Part shown: positions 16,801 to 22,908 of the stretch, piece by piece
Layout of the letters: the number at the start of each line of letters is the position of its first letter
Position numbering within the stretch: the stretch's first letter is position 1
NCBI GenBank assembly: GCA_903850505.1
Contig: CAINLT010000006.1
Span: 15,536 to 79,535 of the forward strand
Source of the DNA: an uncultured Myxococcales bacterium
Lineage (GTDB): Bacteria; Myxococcota_A; UBA9042
Length of the DNA stretch: 64,000 nt
Direction: 5' to 3'
Notes under the pieces: generated by a model
What the model was told of the DNA's origin: nothing
The model's input: the letters and a program-made list of their open reading frames with translations, nothing else
Database searches by the model: none
Translations under genes and position numbers: made by a program

Positions 16801-18048
16801 GACGTCAACGGCGACGGGCTGAGCGACCTCGTCATCGGCGCCAAGACCGGCAGCGGCGTGCCGCGCGAAGTCTGGGTCTACCTCGGCAACAAGGGCGCGC
16901 AGTTGAATGCGACGCCAGCCGTGATCATCACGGGCGTCGTGGCGACGACCGCGACGGCGGCCGGACCGCAGCGCTTGCAGACCGTGGGCAACTTCAACGG
17001 CGACGTTTCAGCCAGCGGCAAGCCGGTCATGGACATCGCCGTGCGCAGCGCCAAGGACCTGAACTACGCACAGTCGGAGACGGTCTACGTGATTCCGGGC
17101 AATCCGGGCTGGTCCAACGCTTCTCCGCTGACCATCACGCTGACCAACGCGCTGGACCGCAGCAACAACAATATCGTCCGCGTGCGTTTGAGCGATGGCA
17201 CGAACACGTCGACGCTGTTTGGCCAGAACTTCCACGGCGGCAACGTGCTGCTGGAGAATGGCGGCGTCGGTCAGCAGTTTGACGAATTGGTCGTGTCGCA
17301 GCAGGCGTCGCCGCAGCAGGTCAACGTCATCCGCGGTCGTGAGCTGTCGGGCGCGCTCGACCTGATGATGACGTCGGCGAGCACGGGCGTGCAGCCCAAT
17401 GACGTGGACACGGTGCGCATCTTCCAACAGACCGGCACCGGCCAGCAGTCCTTTGGCGCCTACTTCGATCTCGTCGAGTTCGATGGCAAGCCCGGTCTTG
17501 ACCTGGCGATTCAGCACCAGACCGGCGGCGTGGCCGACCATCCCGGCTTCTACTGGCTGCGCGGCTCGGCCATTCAGGCTGCCGCTGTCGCGCCCCCGCA
17601 GAACACGATCACGCTGTACATCACAGCGGCGGTCGCGGGCTTCACGGATCTGTTCTCTGTGGGCGCTGGCTACCTCAGCTGGTCGTTCGTTTGGGGTCCG
17701 CAGAACACCGGGAATTTCTTTGATGATCCGAGCGCGGGCACGCACACGGACGTCATGTACGCGCGCCCGCCGTTCACCGGCGCCACGGGCGGTGGCCAAC
17801 AGGTCATCTTGCGCATGGCGGTGCCGCGGACGGAAACGGCCAATGAAGTTGGTTTCGTCTATGAAGACGTGGTGATCACCGACCCGTTCGTGCCGACCAA
17901 TAGCCTCTTCGGCTACAATGTCACGGCGCCCGGCGGTCTCGGTTTCGCACCAGCGGGAGACTTCAACAAGGACGGCTTCGTCGACCTGATCATCGGCTCA
18001 GCCGACGGCACAGGCGGCGTCAAGGGCAGCACGCTCATCGTTTACTAA
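10891..18048 (+). CDS. Giant surface lipoprotein: many Ig-like domains plus C-terminal FG-GAP/VCBS (integrin-alpha-like) repeats
   Basis: An ATG at 10891 gives MNSSDLRTRFTPLARQPMVWFSLLCAATALTAC, which contains a lipobox. This is followed by about 1900 aa of T/V/A/D-rich beta-sandwich-like segments. The C-terminus has GDLNGDGFADVGLGG, ADVNGDGLSDLVIGA and GDFNKDGFVDLIIGS. The track start 10735 is an over-extension into pqqD. Confidence 0.85.
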   Translation: MNSSDLRTRFTPLARQPMVWFSLLCAATALTACAPDTPAPHPACIWEDGCPSADAEGDGQVGDSSDVTTTVTRTLVFSIDTAIGPVLTGDVSIATIGPNADKDPATVGVQVDVSVTTGNVPDGAALEVLLDGVKVGSPQVVLNNAGRINGITLTCTATNAPHSISVRAIVNAAKGDAAVSKDKSLLVKCAQACTATVDPLSQSCLTQDQDPQTPGFQQSFIVHSDQPDCTDAYLLVVGPPGTPTETVHVALNGSTSVPVMATLAVDEAGLIGVTATVIGVVEDTNNPDRQSVPSAPVSAVITTEAPTIVLMQPASGQIKLSDDTDPATPGIQITLIGMATALTSADKNAIELYVDGTLTTKTTQQIDGQFVIPLSFTTTGTHALLVKATNGCGLSGQKSKSLAVFVDKAGLAILAPTQDVVLHVADDLDKTTADILDTTLSVAVTTETAGTDLEVYCKPKIAKAYPTTPTATVLYSDASLQTVDIPLSLSVSQLGQEIECRVQDNSPNQTVSAPVGFVAALPPPCLHVITPAAAVTVTTAGVEFLLATSGLDGQIVQGYLITPSGVPLDAVDLGTPVTNGLAGTFPLLDGGVQVPDGTYTLSFQAMDKWGNFAGQSLCSDVTRTVTIDTTPPTLVITLPVKATLTTLDDPDSDPAKPGYQIDVEVTITDAHVVCLNVDGVLFACNANVPEGAGVVVFHDVTLQPGLTALSVYGSDINGNTSAPAPTLVTLISDVPIVKFISPVGSLKVASDSVTFTVSVTSPTDGLPVTAATLEILQNSVAMPVTPTETAPGVYTFTLSGFSSGVTTVQVGAFVPALPDKKGYSGEITVTFKGDLPTATISSPTEGLVFNASNLTCALGQADCVLPVAATFTNVEDGSAVELTVTCGGSVSKTTGTVQGGNAKLANVKLLDQNACELSLAVTDAAGQTAVSAVIHVTVDRIAPAFGELKSPTPYGGLTLLAINDLDADPTNGMQVNWVQQIAGVPAGATVTCDVTDDLGKSAPGFSTNVATTTSDAVFESVSFGAITLPNGYNIKIVCTVKDLAGNQTQKTLLAQVLADLPQVIMSTPYPNADPCAGNGDCSFGGFCYQKICTAPWNKTSDRKLAFTTTGLPDGAAARLCTNTPGVTGTACATAGYVSIGSITVQKSAATFDLSNLADGSYHVMVEVFFAAKTTWVTSLDSGFLKGRERALLIDTVPPQVASVTGPSAPGVPAACLAAASQSVADGQQPGGKFQFQIAMANEDATVSLLVNNVSAGSLTTVGKSGALAVTIATEGTATFETVAVDLVGNVSDIQQLPSLFVDTIAPNGDFSTPAKSPLIVGDNRDVAVVSVNDDVENEPVTVKDLGLVKAAQNFIAGTALFPDATFGLLSEGSHTLTADLRDHCANTSTIGSTPAVVVVDTQPPTLAITAPSEGSLFTDNDDAAPAQSGYQVALTFSTTGAATWTLELGTDCDSGSLNCPSYQPAGTGTIANPGGLEAPVLVTVPFGNTVHYKFRLTAVDSAGNKTLATRGFDVLLSGCLVKLTGLPSNGMLNTQKCATPGQNCASVVVPLTASYVGPCGAATAIKLMKGGLEVATVTPSAQAAAFDVTIVDGDSTDLEAVVFEGLNAKGSSGKLGIAADLTNPTVSFAAATVLGSPTVSGTSALQGKDQDLNAGTPDHQVHMQLALADAHLNGGKLTALDRTVNGATAPLSNASVTPPVALTGAAQSLDVQYASLLADQVNTVKATVQDSFGNTGSATLVVTVDWLAPAAITLDALVPANLNPRRPSAKLTFQAVGDNGVTGTATSYQVRYAKKAFTTQAEFDAACDPSQIAGFTAVIPAASGTSDSVTISGPDGRNPTNLCKFTPLTDNGISSYYFAIVAVDAAGNKGPMSNVVSTDKLRLNYQRITNSGGTGSTYDQLAYRARVFGLGDLNGDGFADVGLGGGATTPFCILYGRAGNADIDLATEPATTLQCLPNAGGLGGVVGGPADVNGDGLSDLVIGAKTGSGVPREVWVYLGNKGAQLNATPAVIITGVVATTATAAGPQRLQTVGNFNGDVSASGKPVMDIAVRSAKDLNYAQSETVYVIPGNPGWSNASPLTITLTNALDRSNNNIVRVRLSDGTNTSTLFGQNFHGGNVLLENGGVGQQFDELVVSQQASPQQVNVIRGRELSGALDLMMTSASTGVQPNDVDTVRIFQQTGTGQQSFGAYFDLVEFDGKPGLDLAIQHQTGGVADHPGFYWLRGSAIQAAAVAPPQNTITLYITAAVAGFTDLFSVGAGYLSWSFVWGPQNTGNFFDDPSAGTHTDVMYARPPFTGATGGGQQVILRMAVPRTETANEVGFVYEDVVITDPFVPTNSLFGYNVTAPGGLGFAPAGDFNKDGFVDLIIGSADGTGGVKGSTLIVY

Positions 18049-18089
18049 TCAGGTCAATCAACGCCGACAAGGCGGCGAAGGGGAAACAC

Positions 18090-18266
18090 ATGAACCACAC
18101 GGAACACCAGCAGAACGTCCAACAAAGCCAGAGCGATCGGCAGACGGCGCGGCAGCCGTACGTCAAGCCGGAAGTCGAGACCTTGGGCGGCGCGCTGACC
18201 ACGCTGCTGGCGTCGGGCTGCCAGTGTGCGATTTGCCCGCCGGATCCCCAAGCGGACAACGTCTGA
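18090..18266 (+). CDS. Candidate RiPP precursor peptide (58 aa), not in the supplied ORF track
   Basis: My translation: MNHTEHQQNVQQSQSDRQTARQPYVKPEVETLGGALTTLLASGCQCAICPPDPQADNV. SD-like AAGGGG at 18078-18083, 6 nt before the ATG. Third-position G/C is high. Sits directly upstream of the kinase-like and rSAM/SPASM genes. Confidence 0.6.
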   Translation: MNHTEHQQNVQQSQSDRQTARQPYVKPEVETLGGALTTLLASGCQCAICPPDPQADNV

Positions 18267-18268
18267 AC

Positions 18269-19105
18269 GTGACGCGCGCGTTGGCCCCTTCCTTTCGGCG
18301 TTGGGCGTCGCGATTTGGCGACTCGGCCTATGCGGTGGACCTGCCGGACGCGTTTGGCACCGTGCGCCGTCCGTGGCGCGGGCCTGTCGACGCGGATCTC
18401 GTCTTCCAGTTTGCTGCTGAAGCCACCGCGGCACCTTTGGGCGAAGCAGCGACGAAGTTCTCGCGCCTCGACGCCGATGGCTTTGCGTTTACCGCGGCGT
18501 CGTGCCACGGCGCGGGTTGCTGGGCGGAGCGCGCTGGGACCGTCTACCTGCACGACGGCGAGCAATCGCCGCTGACCCGCGTCCAGATGCTGCAGGAGGC
18601 GCTGTTTGCCCCGGTTTACGGCCAGTTGCTCCTGCAAGGCGGCCTGCTCCTGCACGCCGCGACGCTGTGGATCGATGGCCACGCCTACGTGGTGGCGGGC
18701 TACTCGACCGCCGGCAAGACGACCCTGAGCGCGCGATTCGCGCCGAATTGGCTGAGCGATGAGCACGCGTTCCTCGCCCGCGATGGCGACAAGTGGCAGG
18801 TCCTCCGCCACATTGATTTCCGCGGCAACGAAGGCGATTTTCCCTGGCGCGCGCCGCTCGCCGGTCTGCTCTGGCTCGGTCCGGATCGCAGCCAGTCGCG
18901 GGTCACGCCGTTGTCGCCGGGGGACGCGCTGCAGCGGCTCCTGCCGCAGGCTTTGGTCGCAGGTCCGCCGACTTCCGCGCTTGTGCTGGACGCTGTCGCA
19001 CACCTGTGTCAGCAATTGCCGGTGATGGAACTGAGCCACAACCTTGCAACTTCCGTTGCAGACTTGGCGGAAATGATCGCGGGAGCGAGCCATGGCACAA
19101 GGTGA
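18269..19105 (+). CDS. HPr kinase/phosphorylase-related P-loop protein (HprK-related kinase family)
   Basis: LLLHAATLWIDGHAYVVAGYSTAGKTTLSARF...LSDEHAFL matches the HprK C-terminal-domain pattern H-G/A..x..G.g.l..G.S..GK[ST]. A GTG at 18269 lies 3 nt after the precursor stop. The track start 18224 would overlap the precursor core. Confidence 0.65.
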   Translation: MTRALAPSFRRWASRFGDSAYAVDLPDAFGTVRRPWRGPVDADLVFQFAAEATAAPLGEAATKFSRLDADGFAFTAASCHGAGCWAERAGTVYLHDGEQSPLTRVQMLQEALFAPVYGQLLLQGGLLLHAATLWIDGHAYVVAGYSTAGKTTLSARFAPNWLSDEHAFLARDGDKWQVLRHIDFRGNEGDFPWRAPLAGLLWLGPDRSQSRVTPLSPGDALQRLLPQALVAGPPTSALVLDAVAHLCQQLPVMELSHNLATSVADLAEMIAGASHGTR

Positions 19106-20279
19106 TGACGCCAGCCAGCTCGACGGCTTTCTCACGGCGCTGAGGGCGGCGTGGGCAACCGAAGACCGCCCGGTCAGCGCGCACCTGGACGTGACGTATC
19201 GCTGCGACCTCGATTGCGCGCACTGCTACCTCGACAACCGGACGACCTGGCCGGAGATGACCACGGCGGAGTGGCTCGACGTGCTGCAGCAATTGCACGA
19301 CGCGGGTGTCCTGTTCCTCGTTTGGAGCGGCGGCGATGTGCTGATGCGCAGCGATTTTGCCACGCTCCTGACGCGCGCCGCGGAGCTGGGCCTGCTGAGC
19401 CGCGTGAAGACCCACGGCGGCCAAGTCGACGCCACGTGGGCGCGCCTGTTCGCAGACAGCAAGGTCATCCGCACCGACGTCAGCGTGTACAGCTTGCGTC
19501 CTGAGATCCACGACGCGCTGACGCGGCGACCGGGTTCGCTCGTCAAAACACTCAACGGCGTCGCGGCATTGCGGGCAGCGGGCGTGCCGGTCAAGGTTTC
19601 CTGCTGGGTGCAGCCGGCGATCATCGACGAGATTGCCGCGCTGAGTCAGCACTTCACCGCGATGGGCTGCACGATCAGCTTTGAGACGCGCACGACGCTG
19701 GACCTTTCGGCGTCGGCCAACCTGGACGCGATGCGACTGGAGGGCGACGATCTCCTGCGGGCGCGCGTCGCGATCCTGCGGGCGCAGCCAGTGGCCAAAC
19801 CGACCGCGATCGCCGATCGGACGGTCCACGATCCTTGCGGCGCGGGGCGGACGCTCGTGTACATCAGCCCGGACGGCGAGCTGTGGCCGTGCATCAACTT
19901 TCCCATGGCGCTTGGCAACCTGCGCGAGAAGCCGTTGCTGGAGATCTGGCGCGAATCCGCAGCGCGCAAGAGCCTCGTCGCGTGGGACAACCGCGCGCGG
20001 ACGACGTGCCAAAGCTGCGCCGGCAGCGGCTTCTGCTTTTTCTGCCCCGGCGACGCGTACAAGACCACCGGCGATTTCCGCAAAGCGCCCGATGTCTTCC
20101 ACGCCGAAACACGTGCCAAGATGATCGCGTGGGAGCAGGTCAACGGCGACACGTTCAGCGCCGCGGACTGGTCCAGCGTGCCGGACGAAAGCGGCCGCGC
20201 GCCTGCCGCCAAACAGTTCATCTTCCCGATCCACCGGCCGAAACGCGGCGCCGGCGCTCGGGTCACGCAGGCCAAATGA
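19092..20279 (+). CDS. Radical SAM / SPASM-domain peptide-modifying enzyme
   Basis: VTYRCDLDCAHCY provides CxxxCxxC, and WSGGDVLM is a GGE-like SAM motif. The C-terminal SPASM-like cysteines are CGAGRTLVYISPDGELWPC ... CQSCAGSGFCFFCPGDAY. Overlaps the kinase gene by 14 nt. Confidence 0.85.
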   Translation: MAQGDDASQLDGFLTALRAAWATEDRPVSAHLDVTYRCDLDCAHCYLDNRTTWPEMTTAEWLDVLQQLHDAGVLFLVWSGGDVLMRSDFATLLTRAAELGLLSRVKTHGGQVDATWARLFADSKVIRTDVSVYSLRPEIHDALTRRPGSLVKTLNGVAALRAAGVPVKVSCWVQPAIIDEIAALSQHFTAMGCTISFETRTTLDLSASANLDAMRLEGDDLLRARVAILRAQPVAKPTAIADRTVHDPCGAGRTLVYISPDGELWPCINFPMALGNLREKPLLEIWRESAARKSLVAWDNRARTTCQSCAGSGFCFFCPGDAYKTTGDFRKAPDVFHAETRAKMIAWEQVNGDTFSAADWSSVPDESGRAPAAKQFIFPIHRPKRGAGARVTQAK

Positions 20280-20680
20280 CGCTCACGTGGCACGATCTGA
20301 CCGGGCGGTCCATGTGGCCATTGGGGGCGCCGATGCAGGCTGGCGTGGCGCCGGTCGCGGCAAAGTCGCTGCATGTCGGCGACGTCATTGCCTTCATCGC
20401 CAGCGACGCGCCGGTCCTCTGGCTGCATCGCGTCGTGCGGGTTGAAGCGGGTGCGATCGTCACGCGTGGCGACACCAACGGCTACGACGATCCGCCGGTG
20501 CCGTTCGCCGCGGTGCTTGGGCGGGTTGAAGCGGTGCGGATCGGCACGCTTGTGCTGCCGCTGCCGCATTCCGGTCGCCTCGGCGCGCTGCATCGCCGCG
20601 CTGGTCTCGCGTGGTCGCATCTCGCGCCGGCCTTGCGCCGTTTGCCCGCGGTGCGGGGGCGGACACGAAAAGGCGCATGA
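20276..20680 (+). CDS. Soluble S24/S26 (SipW/Sec11-like, S26B-type) serine peptidase domain protein
   Basis: 134 aa. GRSMWPL corresponds to the G-S-M-x-P nucleophile box. LHRVVRVEAGAIVTRGDTNGYDDPPV matches the H-R-[IV]...T-K/R-G-D-x-N...D..P box. No N-terminal TM anchor. The ATG overlaps the rSAM stop (ATGA at 20276-20279). Confidence 0.6.
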   Translation: MTLTWHDLTGRSMWPLGAPMQAGVAPVAAKSLHVGDVIAFIASDAPVLWLHRVVRVEAGAIVTRGDTNGYDDPPVPFAAVLGRVEAVRIGTLVLPLPHSGRLGALHRRAGLAWSHLAPALRRLPAVRGRTRKGA

Positions 20681-21693
20681 CGATCCTTGACAGGAGCGAA
20701 CGCCAAGGTACTGTGACCGGGGGCGCGCCGCAGGTGGCGCCATCGGGTGCTGTGTTGAAATCAACTGTGACTTCAGGCTATTGCCAACACCTATCCACAA
20801 CCCTGATCGCACGGGCGATTCGCTTGAGCGCGCCGGTTGTTTTGCTGGGTCTGCCGGCATGCGCCAACGATCAGCTCGCGCAGGTACGCCACGATGCCAC
20901 GGCGATGCGGGAAGAGCTCGCGGAAGTGAAGCGCAGCCAGACTGCGTCCCGCATCCAGTTCGAAGAACTGCGCAATCGACTCATCCTGATTGAAGACAAG
21001 GCCGACTCAGAAAAGGTCGCCCGCGCCCGCCGCGAAGAGTGGATTCCGCGGCTGCCGACGGTGAAAGTGGGCGAACCCGATGCCCATGTCGACGCCCGCG
21101 ACCAGGTTGGCCTGCCATCCAGCATTCCCAAGATGGACATGCCGCAAAAGGACATGCGCTCGGCCAACCAGCTGAGCGCGCAGACGATTCACCTGACGCA
21201 TGATGATCCGCTGCCCGGCGAAGCGAACGACGATCCCGTCGAAGTTTCCGGTCCAGCCGATGAGACGCCGCCGCAGGCCGCTGGCGCCAAGGCCAAGCTC
21301 GATCCGACCGCGTCGCTGTACGAAAAGGCCAAGTCGCTGTTTGATCAAGGGCAAATCGCCGAGTCGCGGCGGGTCTTTGAGACGCTGCACCGCCAGTACC
21401 CGCGGCATGATCTTGCCGACAACGCGCTCTACTGGATCGGTGAAGGCTACTACGCCCAAGCGCAGTGGCTCACGTCCGCCCAGGCATTCCTGCGGGTCGC
21501 CAAAGAATATCCGCGCGGCAACAAAGTGCCGGATGCAATGCTGAAAATGGCTTTGTGCTACCGCAAGTTGGGCGACGATCGCGGCGCGGACGACGTGCTG
21601 AAACAGTTGACGCGGCTGTATCCGGGTACGGAAGCGGCGGACAAGGCGACGGCGATGAAGAAGACGTCCGCCGATGGCACGGCTCAGCCGTAA
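20677..21693 (+). CDS. YbgF/CpoB-like TPR protein (coiled-coil N-terminus, C-terminal TPR)
   Basis: The C-terminus LYEKAKSLFDQGQIAESRRVFETLHRQYPRHDLADNALYWIGEGYYAQAQW...YPRGNKVPDAMLKMALCYRKLGD is the YbgF-type TPR signature. Possible signal/lipobox VVLLGLPAC. The start is uncertain: ATG 20677, or GTG/TTG around 20752-20767. Confidence 0.7.
   Translation: MTILDRSERQGTVTGGAPQVAPSGAVLKSTVTSGYCQHLSTTLIARAIRLSAPVVLLGLPACANDQLAQVRHDATAMREELAEVKRSQTASRIQFEELRNRLILIEDKADSEKVARARREEWIPRLPTVKVGEPDAHVDARDQVGLPSSIPKMDMPQKDMRSANQLSAQTIHLTHDDPLPGEANDDPVEVSGPADETPPQAAGAKAKLDPTASLYEKAKSLFDQGQIAESRRVFETLHRQYPRHDLADNALYWIGEGYYAQAQWLTSAQAFLRVAKEYPRGNKVPDAMLKMALCYRKLGDDRGADDVLKQLTRLYPGTEAADKATAMKKTSADGTAQP
20687..20714 (+). 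promoter_or_regulatory. Candidate sigma70-like promoter for the downstream TPR/LysM genes
   Basis: TTGACA (20687-20692), a 16-nt spacer, then TACTGT (20709-20714). The next ~80 nt have visibly A/T-richer third positions, suggesting non-coding leader. Pattern only. Confidence 0.25.
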
Positions 21694-21744
21694 GAACCGG
21701 TGTCTGTGGCGTTGCCGGATGCGATGCCAGAAGTGGAGCGGAGA

Positions 21745-22908
21745 ATGTCGGGCATGTTGGCCAAAATCTGCAAGACGCTGCTGCCGATCGCGGCGTTGCT
21801 CGGGGCGTTGACCGTGCAGGCCCAGGAGCTGCCGGATCGCACCGCGCCGGCCATCGCGATGCAGCAATCCGCGCCCAGCGGCGAGCGGACGTACGTGGTG
21901 GAAGCGGGCGACACGCTGTGGAGCATCGCGGAAGGCCTGTACGATGAGCCGTGGTACTGGCCGTCGCTGTGGTCCTACAACCCGCAAATCACCAATCCGC
22001 ACCTGATTTACCCGGGCGATCTGCTGTACCTGAGCCGCAAGAGCTCGCAGACCGCGGCGGAGAAATCCATCACGTTTGCGACGTCCCGCTACGAGCCGCG
22101 GCCCAAGAGCGGCATCGAATTGGTGCGCCGCGTGGGCTACATCTCCTCGCGCGACTACCGCGAATCCGGGGTGCTGGAAGCGAGCCGTGAAGAGCGCAAC
22201 ATGCTCGGCCAGCTCGACGAGGGCTATGTCCGCTTCAACACGCGGCGCTGCGCTGAGGACGACAAGGCCAAGGCGGAACGCGACGCGTTTCGTGCCAGTG
22301 AAGACGGTGAGGCCAAGCGCGACGAGAAGAAGTCCGACGACGACGAAGATGAAGCGCTGGTCGGACCGTGCGTGCGCGACGGCGATCGCTACACGCTGTA
22401 CCGGGTCGAGCGCGAGATCGTTCACCCGATCACCGGCAAGCGCGTCGGCTACAAGATCAACTTCCTCGGCGACGCCAAGGTGCTGAGCACGGTGCGGCCT
22501 CTCGTCAGCGTGCTGATCACCCGATCGCACAGCGAAATCAGCCGCGGCGACTTGCTGACCAACGTGTTTGAGCCGCTGCAGCTTGTGACGCCCTTGCCCA
22601 ACAAGGTGCAAGTCGCGGGCGTGATCCTCGATTTCCACCATGAAACGACGGCGGCGGGCGCTTACAGCTACGTCTACATCGACAAAGGCGCGGACGACGG
22701 CGTGGAAAAGGGCAACCGCTTTGAGATTGTCTGGCGCGGCGACGGCTTGGCGCGCGGCAATGTCGGCAACCTGAAAGACTACCCGGACGAGCAGATTGGC
22801 GTCGCGATGGTCGTGGAAGCGTACGATCGCCACAGTCTGGCGCTCCTCACGACGACCGTGCGGGAACTTGAACGCGGCATGCCGGCGATCATGGCCAAGG
22901 GCTTCTGA
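21745..22908 (+). CDS. LysM domain-containing secreted protein
   Basis: Signal-like MSGMLAKICKTLLPIAALLGALTVQAQE. LysM motif YVVEAGDTLWSIAEGLY...NPHLIYPGDLLYL. The track start 21700 is a possible alternative. Confidence 0.8.
   Translation: MSGMLAKICKTLLPIAALLGALTVQAQELPDRTAPAIAMQQSAPSGERTYVVEAGDTLWSIAEGLYDEPWYWPSLWSYNPQITNPHLIYPGDLLYLSRKSSQTAAEKSITFATSRYEPRPKSGIELVRRVGYISSRDYRESGVLEASREERNMLGQLDEGYVRFNTRRCAEDDKAKAERDAFRASEDGEAKRDEKKSDDDEDEALVGPCVRDGDRYTLYRVEREIVHPITGKRVGYKINFLGDAKVLSTVRPLVSVLITRSHSEISRGDLLTNVFEPLQLVTPLPNKVQVAGVILDFHHETTAAGAYSYVYIDKGADDGVEKGNRFEIVWRGDGLARGNVGNLKDYPDEQIGVAMVVEAYDRHSLALLTTTVRELERGMPAIMAKGF

Noticed and set aside
18090-18266. Alternative reading of the 58-aa ORF as a tiny lipoprotein (LLASGC resembles a lipobox).
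   Set aside because: The N-terminal 34 residues are polar and Gln-rich, and the hydrophobic stretch is only ~8 residues, so it is not a Sec/Lol signal peptide. The genomic context favours a modified-peptide precursor.
20677-20680. ATGA start/stop overlap between the peptidase and the YbgF-like gene as proof of operon membership.
   Set aside because: Codon third positions are A/T-rich for ~80 nt after 20700. A promoter-like TTGACA-N16-TACTGT lies just inside. The lipoprotein-like signal begins much later. The overlap may therefore be coincidental.
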